Shown: positions 56,284 through 64,000 of the stretch, in pieces
Layout: the number at the start of each line of letters is the position of its first letter
Numbering within the stretch: the first letter of the stretch is position 1
Origin: Octopus vulgaris
Taxonomy: Eukaryota
Reading direction: 5' to 3'
Assembly: GCA_951406725.2 (NCBI GenBank)
Contig: OX597823.1
Location: 8,494,001 to 8,558,000, forward strand
DNA: 64,000 nt
The notes under the pieces: model-generated
Database searches by the model: none
Told to the model about the DNA's origin: nothing
The model's input: the letters and a program-made list of their open reading frames with translations, nothing else
Made by a program: the position numbers and the translations under genes

Positions 56284-56286
<3 letters not shown>
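55729..56286 (-). mobile_element. non-coding element F, apparently full length, in (TAA)n
   Basis: 558 bp lying precisely between (ATT)n arrays. Homologous to the 29948, 33229 and 37721 copies. Confidence 0.88.
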
Positions 56287-56364
<78 letters not shown>

Positions 56365-56447
56365 AATTATTATTATTATCATTGTTGTTGTTGTTATTAT
56401 TATTATTATCATCATTATTATTATTATTATTATTATCATTATTATTA

Positions 56448-56481
<34 letters not shown>

Positions 56482-56492
56482 CATTATTATTA

Positions 56493-56565
<73 letters not shown>

Positions 56566-56572
56566 CATTATT

Positions 56573-56603
<31 letters not shown>

Positions 56604-56620
56604 TATTATTATTATTATTA

Positions 56621-56690
<70 letters not shown>

Positions 56691-56761
56691 TTATTATTAT
56701 CATTATTATTATCATTATTATATGTACTTGAAACTGCCTTCGCCGTATCGTACAATCTGTA

Positions 56762-56817
<56 letters not shown>

Positions 56818-56840
56818 CATTATTATTATCATTATTATTA
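56287..56840. repeat. long (ATT/ATC)n microsatellite
   Basis: Read directly. Confidence 0.95.
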
Positions 56841-57405
56841 TATTTGTATTTATTAGCACATCCCTGTACCTGTATATATGTGACTGTACATGCATCATAT
56901 TATTACAATTATGTATATATTATATGTGTATATGTGTTCGCGTGTGCGTGTGTGTGTGTCCCCGCGCTCGTGTGTGAATGCACGTATACGTGCATAATAG
57001 AATAGTCATTTTATAATTTATCCTTTCATAAATTTTTAAACAACAGTCTTTTGTATACGTTGCTTGTTTAGTCTGGGGGCAGTATCGTTGTTGAGCTTTA
57101 CAGGATCTCTGAAAACACGGATCTTTATATTATTAATGTTCTGTTCAAAAAAAGGTTATGCATTTGCTGGAAAAACAAGATCGGGAGAATATCCCAGAGG
57201 ACTAATTCTCTAGGGAAAGGAAATGGGCATAATAATGGTTGGCGCGAGTTCAACAGGTTGAGTCAACCTGAGTGGTGGATTTACGAGAGCAGCCAGCTGT
57301 GAGGAACAGAGACAATAGAAATATAGAGAGAGGAAACAACACACCTACGAACCTAAGGCGAGTGCACGCTCGTCGGTGTTTTAATGAAAATTATGCAGGT
57401 GATCC

Positions 57406-57764
57406 TTACTCTTTTACTTGTTTCAGTCATTTGACTGTGGACATGCTAGAGTGCCATCTTTATAGTCGAGCAAATCAACCCCAGAGCTTATTCTTTGTAA
57501 GCCAAGTACTTGTTCTATTATTATTGTTGTTGTTGTTGTTGTTTTTGTTAGGTGTCTTTTGTCGAACCGCTAAGTTACGGGAACGTAAACACACCACCAT
57601 CGGTTGTCCAGCGATGTTGGGGGACAAACAAACACACACACATATATACATATACGACGGGCTTCTTTCAGTTCTGTCTACCGAATCCACTCACAAGGCT
57701 TTGGTCGGCCCGAGGTTACAGTAGAAGACAATTGCCAAAGGTGCCACGCAGTGGGACTGTACCC
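57406..57764 (-). mobile_element. SINE A, 5'-truncated
   Basis: Reverse complement of the SINE A body and tail. Confidence 0.85.
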
Positions 57765-57767
57765 AGA

Positions 57768-57995
57768 TACAATCCAAGATGTCTGTTTGCGTAGCAGCTG
57801 CTCCGTCCCAGTTGTGGGATTAGTACTCCATTATGGTCCTTATTTGGGTCTTGCACAGAGCCAGCAGGTATTGGGGCCGAAATTTTTTTCTGGCTTTGAA
57901 GAGAAGGGATGTGGGCCTAGTTATTGCTATTGTAAGGATGTATTTTCGCAAGGAGAGGTCTTATGTAAAAGTGAGGCCCAGTATTTGTATTGAGT
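57768..57995 (-). pseudogene. Jockey/CR1-group LINE RT thumb fragment
   Basis: IQILGLTFT*DLSLRKYILTIA..LLFKARKKFRPQYLLALCKTQIRTIMEY*SHNWDGAAATQTDILDCI. Confidence 0.7.
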
Positions 57996-58127
57996 GTTAT
58001 ATACAATTATATACGCTGAGTTCGAATGATTTTAGTTGAATTATTCCACGAACAGTATTTGAAATAAACATAAACACACTGATAAATAAACACACTCACT
58101 GATAAAATAACGTACATATTCTTTTCG

Positions 58128-58233
<106 letters not shown>

Positions 58234-59208
58234 CATTATATATATATATATATATATACTGTTAGATAGACAGAGTCACTGCAGCTTACATAGGTCATTG
58301 ACCGTTATTATTCATATCTGAATTTGTTCTATTACAACAGACAATGTTCACACTTTTCTTCTAGGCCACACTTAAATCAAAATCGATATAAAAAAAACTT
58401 TCATCGTTTCACGTGCCCTAAACAGAAACAAGCGTTAATTTTCTTCTTCCTGTGTGTCTAGATATTTTCTCTCTCCGACTAACTAGCTTATTAAGCGATA
58501 GTCTGGGATATGTTTTTTTATATGACAAATGGAGTATTTTTCTTACATTCTTTCATTTCGTTGCTTATTCTACACAAACGCATATAATGGTTGATTTACT
58601 GTAATTATCGAAAACTTACATTTTTTTTCTTGTTTGTTTATAAATCTATTTCGGTATGTTGGGAAACCTCTTTAAAAATATAAAGATTTCGTTTTATTTC
58701 CACAAAAATTCTTGCAGATGTGCCGCTTCTTTAAAATTTGAGTCACATAGAAACCAGCGTGTTAGTCTGAACGCCTGGAAATAACCGTTTACACATAGTA
58801 GTCAAACGCTCCTCTAAAAAATAAGATAACACTTAAATTTTTTTTTTTAATGTACCAATAATTTGCATAATGCAGTCTCAGATAGATTATGGCTGAAGAC
58901 AAGATGTGATATCCATGTCTTAATGATAACTTTGTTCGGTGAAATGGTAGCAGCGGCAGCATCAGAGGCGGCAGTAGTTGTAGCAGCAGCAACAACACCA
59001 ATAACAAAAGTAACTAGCCACACAAATATAACTAAAGCAGTTATCTCTATTGGTGAACGTTGTTAAATAAGACGACGTCTTATGGTAATGGCTCTTTGAC
59101 ACTGTGTTGCATATCGATGAGATTCACGTTAATTACGTTACTGGTTACCTATACGTACAAATACACACACACACACATATATAAATAGATAGATATATAC
59201 TTATACAT

Positions 59209-59276
<68 letters not shown>

Positions 59277-59379
59277 AAAATAGTGTACATTTAAACACAA
59301 GGCCAAACGACCAAAACCACATTTAAGAGCAATTTTCAAAGAGAATTAAAAATACAAACTTTTACCTTGTTATTTTTTT

Positions 59380-59450
59380 ACAGTTATACCTAGGTTTCAG
59401 GTTTCTTTAGCAAATAATAATTTGCCAGGCTAATCCTCATCAGTAACCGT
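59380..59450 (-). ncRNA. type I hammerhead ribozyme with intact catalytic core
   Basis: Minus strand reads ACGGTTA-CTGATGA-GGATTAGCCTGGCAAATTATTATTTGCTAAAGAAACCT-GAAA-CCTAGG-TA-TAACTGT. Stem I is 7 bp with one G.U pair, stem III is palindromic (ACCTAGGT) and the cleavage triplet is GUA. Confidence 0.8.
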
Positions 59451-59850
59451 GCCATAACATTAACATATAATTTAGAGACAAGTAACACGTTCTCATCATT
59501 ATGTTATAAATTTTCAAAATTCGCCGCGCAATCTTCTAAATGCTACGTATATAAATTAAATTAAAGATAAAATCACAATTAGGCAAATCAAACAATGAAA
59601 AACATAAACCAAAACATAAAAATAAAAATAATTAATATAATATACAAAATATATAAAATATATAATTTAAAAATTTAAATTATTTAAATTTAAAATTAAA
59701 ATTATTAATTTAAATTTATAATTAAAAAAAATTATTATTAAATATACATAACTATCAAACAGTATAAAAAAGTTTAATATAAGATAAAAGTATATATATG
59801 TATATATATATATGTATATATATATATATGTATGTATATATATATGTATG

Positions 59851-59886
<36 letters not shown>

Positions 59887-61664
59887 AAGATATTATTTTC
59901 GTCCACTAGTTGTTTAGCTAGCAAACTGAGTTACACACGCACGCACACACACACATACATACATATATATATATATCTTTTGTTTATTTTCATAAAGCTT
60001 CCCGTTATATATATATATATATATGAAAAAGAAATATATTAATACAATCAGAAATATTGATTCTATTAATAGACTGTTACAAACTAACAGAAATAATTCC
60101 TATTCTATTTTTTCAACTTTAATTTTGTTTAGTTCAGTGTAAATTCAGACAAGTCAAATCTTTGTGTACTTTACATTCGTGATGGAATTGGCATTGTTAT
60201 CACGTGGAATATCGTTTGTACTGTGTAGCACCTAGTCGCTCTGATTTATGTCATTAAGTATTTGGCTAACCGACTCAGTGATATTCACGTATCTAAAGTT
60301 CTAGATATGCCAAGCTTGTCTTGTAAGAAACACAGATAGCAAATGGTATGCTATTTCTCTGCATTGGTCATTAAGTACGAATATGGTTGTCAACCGTTGT
60401 TATTTAACGTTTAGGAAGAATATGACGGAATTGTTCAGAAGTTGTTTTCGCCAACATGATGTCCTATTTTTGATTCGGTCCTATGGTAACTTGGGCAAGT
60501 ACCAATTACTATAGCATCAGATCGACGCATACCGTAGCGAATGAAACTGTGTTGTAGAAGTTCTTCGGTTCGACACTTTCTGTAATGAAAAGGTTCATCC
60601 TTTTCACACTGATTCCCCCTAAAAATTGCATTAAGAGTACGCGTACCTATGGTATACTTAACCACTTATACGCTAATTCCCTAAACCAGGTAGTTTACTT
60701 GATGGAAGAACTGAGAAATCATAATCGGAAATTCTAATCCGGGTCCATTTTTTAATATATTTAAATGCTATGTTTGTTTAACTTAATTTGGATTTAAACA
60801 GTTTAACTATTCTGTGATTAAATCCTTGGAAACGATTACATATCGAATAAGAAAAACATTGTTGCGTTCCCCTGTTATGTTAATAATCTCTGCTTTAATA
60901 AATAAAATACCTAACTTACTTTATAAGTAGTAGTGATGTACTGATATCTTAAATGGGTTATTGTTGGAGAACTAGTGATGTTGTATATGTTTAATCATAT
61001 ATGTGCATACCTTTTCCATTAGAGTTGACCTGGGTAGAAACAAATCTACAATTACTTAATGGGTAACAGTTCAAAGATAAACGATTTGTTTTTCAGTTTT
61101 ATGTTTTTTTTATGAATGAAAATAAAGTGTAATTCGAGAGGCATTTGATTGCTGTTTTTAGGTGAAATTTTGTGCGTCATGTCACCTCGATGGCTTCGAA
61201 TGACTGAATATTGAGGATGTCCAGTAATTTACCAATAGATCGGTGTTGATATAAGCCAAACTATTGAACTGCATAGTAGTGGTAGCAATCAAAGGAAAAA
61301 GAACCATAACCAAAGACATAAAAAATGCAAATTCACCGCTTTGAGTTTTAAATGGTCCATTTCACTCGGCTGTAAATAAGCACAATAGTGCAGAAAGACT
61401 TCATCGTTGTAGCGCCTCTGTAGATCCAGGCTGACCTTCCATCTGAACATCTCTGTATAGTCCTGGGCATTTTGGAGGGAAGACTAACAGATTGCAAGCC
61501 TTCCGTGTTTATTCAAAGGATGAGTCGTTAACTTTGGCTGATACATCGTGCCACGATTGTCGCTGCAAGTGTAGTTGAAGGAACTCATAGAGCCAGAACG
61601 AAGACCGTGGGCATCTCGCCAACCCTCTTATAGTTTCGCCAGTTCACTGCCTTGGACTGTTCAG

Positions 61665-61770
61665 CCCCCAAAAGGATGAAAGGCAAAGTTGACCTCGGAC
61701 AGATTGAGCTCAGACTTCCTGAACGACGCAGTGCAACCTGCCCAGCATTCTAACAACTCCGCCAATTCGG
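61665..61770 (-). mobile_element. SINE C fragment
   Basis: CCCCAAAAGGATGAAAGGCAAAGTTGACCTCGG..GAGCTCAGA. Confidence 0.7.
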
Positions 61771-61803
61771 GGCTTTCATCACACTAAGCCGTGAAATAGT
61801 AAC

Positions 61804-62415
61804 CTCCCCCTCCTTCTCCTCTTCCTCCCCTTCCCCTTCCTCTTCCTCCTCCTCTTCCCCTCCTCCCCTTCCTCTACCTCCTCCCCCTCCTTCTCCGCCT
61901 CCCCTCCCCTTCCTCTTCCTCCACTTCCACTTCCACTTCCTCCTCCTCCTCCTCCTCCTCCTCGTCCACCTCCTCCTCCCCTTCCACTTCCACTTCCTCC
62001 TCGTCCACCCCTCCTCCTCTTCCACTTCCACTTCCACTTCCTCCTCCTCCTCCTCCTCGTCCACCTCCTCCTCCCCTTCCACTTCCACTTCCTCCTCCTC
62101 CTCCTCGTCCACCCCTCCTCCCCTTCCTCTTCCTCTTCGTCTTCCACTTCCTCCTCTTCCTTTTCCTCTTCCTCCCTTCCCCTTCCTCTTCCTCCCCTTC
62201 CCCTTCCCCTTCCTCCCCTTCCTCTTCCTCTTCCTCCTCCTTCTCCTCCTCCTCCTCCTCTTCTTCTTCTTTTTCTTCTTCTTCTTCTTCTTTTTCTTCT
62301 TCTTCTTCTTCTTCTTCTTCTTCTTCTTCCTCCTCCTCCTCCTCCTCCTCCTCCTCGTCCACCTCTTCCTCCACTTCCCCCTTTTACTCCTCGCCCTCCT
62401 CCTCCTCCCCTTCCT
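61804..62415. repeat. polypyrimidine (CCT/CTT/CTTCCA)n tract with higher-order repeats
   Basis: About 610 bp, almost entirely pyrimidine on the plus strand. Recurring unit CTTCCACTTCCACTTCCTCCTCCTCGTCCACC. Confidence 0.93.
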
Positions 62416-62689
62416 CGATGTCATCGTCGTCGTGGTCGCCGCCGAAGTTATTGTCATTAAAAAAAGAGATGGAAGATGGCGGAATCGGTACTGTGATGGA
62501 CAGAGTTCTCTCAAGGTTATTTAGTTAAGGCCCTTTAACCTTCGAGTTCTAATCCAACGTGGTGATGGTGGTGGTGGGATATTTGTCCAACGTCCTGCAT
62601 TCGATGAAGATGGTACCAGTCAAATGATTGGGAGTTAATCGTTTATGCCTAACCAACTCAACTGCTTATGATATAAGTAATTATGATTG

Positions 62690-62725
62690 TTGGCAGTAGC
62701 AGTAATCGAAGAAAACGAAGCTATG

Positions 62726-62768
<43 letters not shown>

Positions 62769-62827
62769 TTGTAGTGGTAGTAGTAGTAGTAGTAGCAGTA
62801 ATAGTAGTAGCAGCAGCAGTAGTAGTT

Positions 62828-62863
<36 letters not shown>

Positions 62864-62956
62864 TCAGTAATAGTATTAGTAGTAGTAGTAATAGTAGTAG
62901 TAATAGTAGTAACAGCAGTAGCAGTAGTAGCAGCAGTAGTAGCAGTAGTGGTAGTT

Positions 62957-62995
<39 letters not shown>

Positions 62996-63086
62996 ATAGT
63001 AGTAGCAGCAGCAGCAGTAGTAGTAGTAGTAGTAGCAGTAATAGTAGTAGCAGCTGCAGCAGCAGTAATAGTAGTAGTAGCAGTAA

Positions 63087-63140
<54 letters not shown>

Positions 63141-63169
63141 CAGTAGTAGTAGTAGTAGTAGCAGCAGCA

Positions 63170-63242
<73 letters not shown>

Positions 63243-63290
63243 TTAGTAACAGCAGTTGCAGCACCAGCAGCAATACTAGTAGCATTTATT
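62690..63290. repeat. (AGT/AGC)n microsatellite
   Basis: Read directly. Confidence 0.95.
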
Positions 63291-63744
63291 GTCCACTTGC
63301 AAACCAGACTAGTTATATTCACGCCGTATTTATTGCACAAATAACAATTTAAAAAAAATATTTTATAACATAAATATTTAAACAATTTGCTGCTAATTTC
63401 GATATGAGTAATGCAATTGTAAATACAGGGATGTTATCCTATGTGTTTTTACTAATGTATATAAAATATTTGCAGCTAGCAAAATAAAAATTAATAATGA
63501 AATAAATGTATTGCTAAATGTATGACGTAAATCGGTATAGAAAGAAAACATTTCATTATAAGACACTCGACAGTTTTAGACTTCAGTAACGTCAAGAAGC
63601 CATATACATATATATATTCTTGCCATGATATTTGACAAATAGCTCACCAATGACGCATTTAAACTACATCACTATTGTAATTTAGCCGACAAAATCTACC
63701 TGTTGAACGAAAGCTTGTCTCGTATCCATGTCATTTTTCTTCTC

Positions 63745-63750
63745 CGCACG

Positions 63751-63834
<84 letters not shown>

Positions 63835-63908
63835 CGTATATATATATTTCTATATCTACATTTCTATATCTATCTATCTATCTATCTATCTGTCTGTCTG
63901 ACTCTCTG

Positions 63909-63977
<69 letters not shown>

Positions 63978-64000
63978 ATTTCTGTTTATCTATCTGTCTG
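63745..64000. repeat. (CA)n and (CTAT)n microsatellites
   Basis: Read directly. Confidence 0.95.

Noticed and set aside
61750-63385. Poly-Glu, poly-Lys/Arg and mucin-like poly-Thr ORFs
   Set aside because: Translations of (CCT/CTT)n and (AGT)n microsatellites.

Overview
AT-rich eukaryotic non-coding DNA, dense in microsatellites. The SINE families and repeat content strongly suggest an octopus genome (inference). No intact host gene is recognisable, and almost all ORF-track entries are microsatellite or SINE artefacts. The window is a mosaic of mobile-element relics. These include four SINE families (called A-D here), two families of non-autonomous Helitrons, a Chapaev3-type transposase pseudogene and Tc1/mariner fragments. 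It also holds Jockey/CR1-group LINE fragments, many R4/Dong-type RLE LINE 3' fragments inserted in (TAA)n, a non-coding ~560-bp (TAA)n-specific element (called F here) and two Penelope-like GIY-YIG elements. The most notable signal is a set of type I hammerhead-ribozyme motifs. One has an intact core (59380-59450, minus strand). The motifs lie on short segments that end in (TA)n, (GATA)n or (ATAC)n. Overall, several retroelement types appear to be partitioned by microsatellite motif. All family names come from motif recognition by eye, not database searches.
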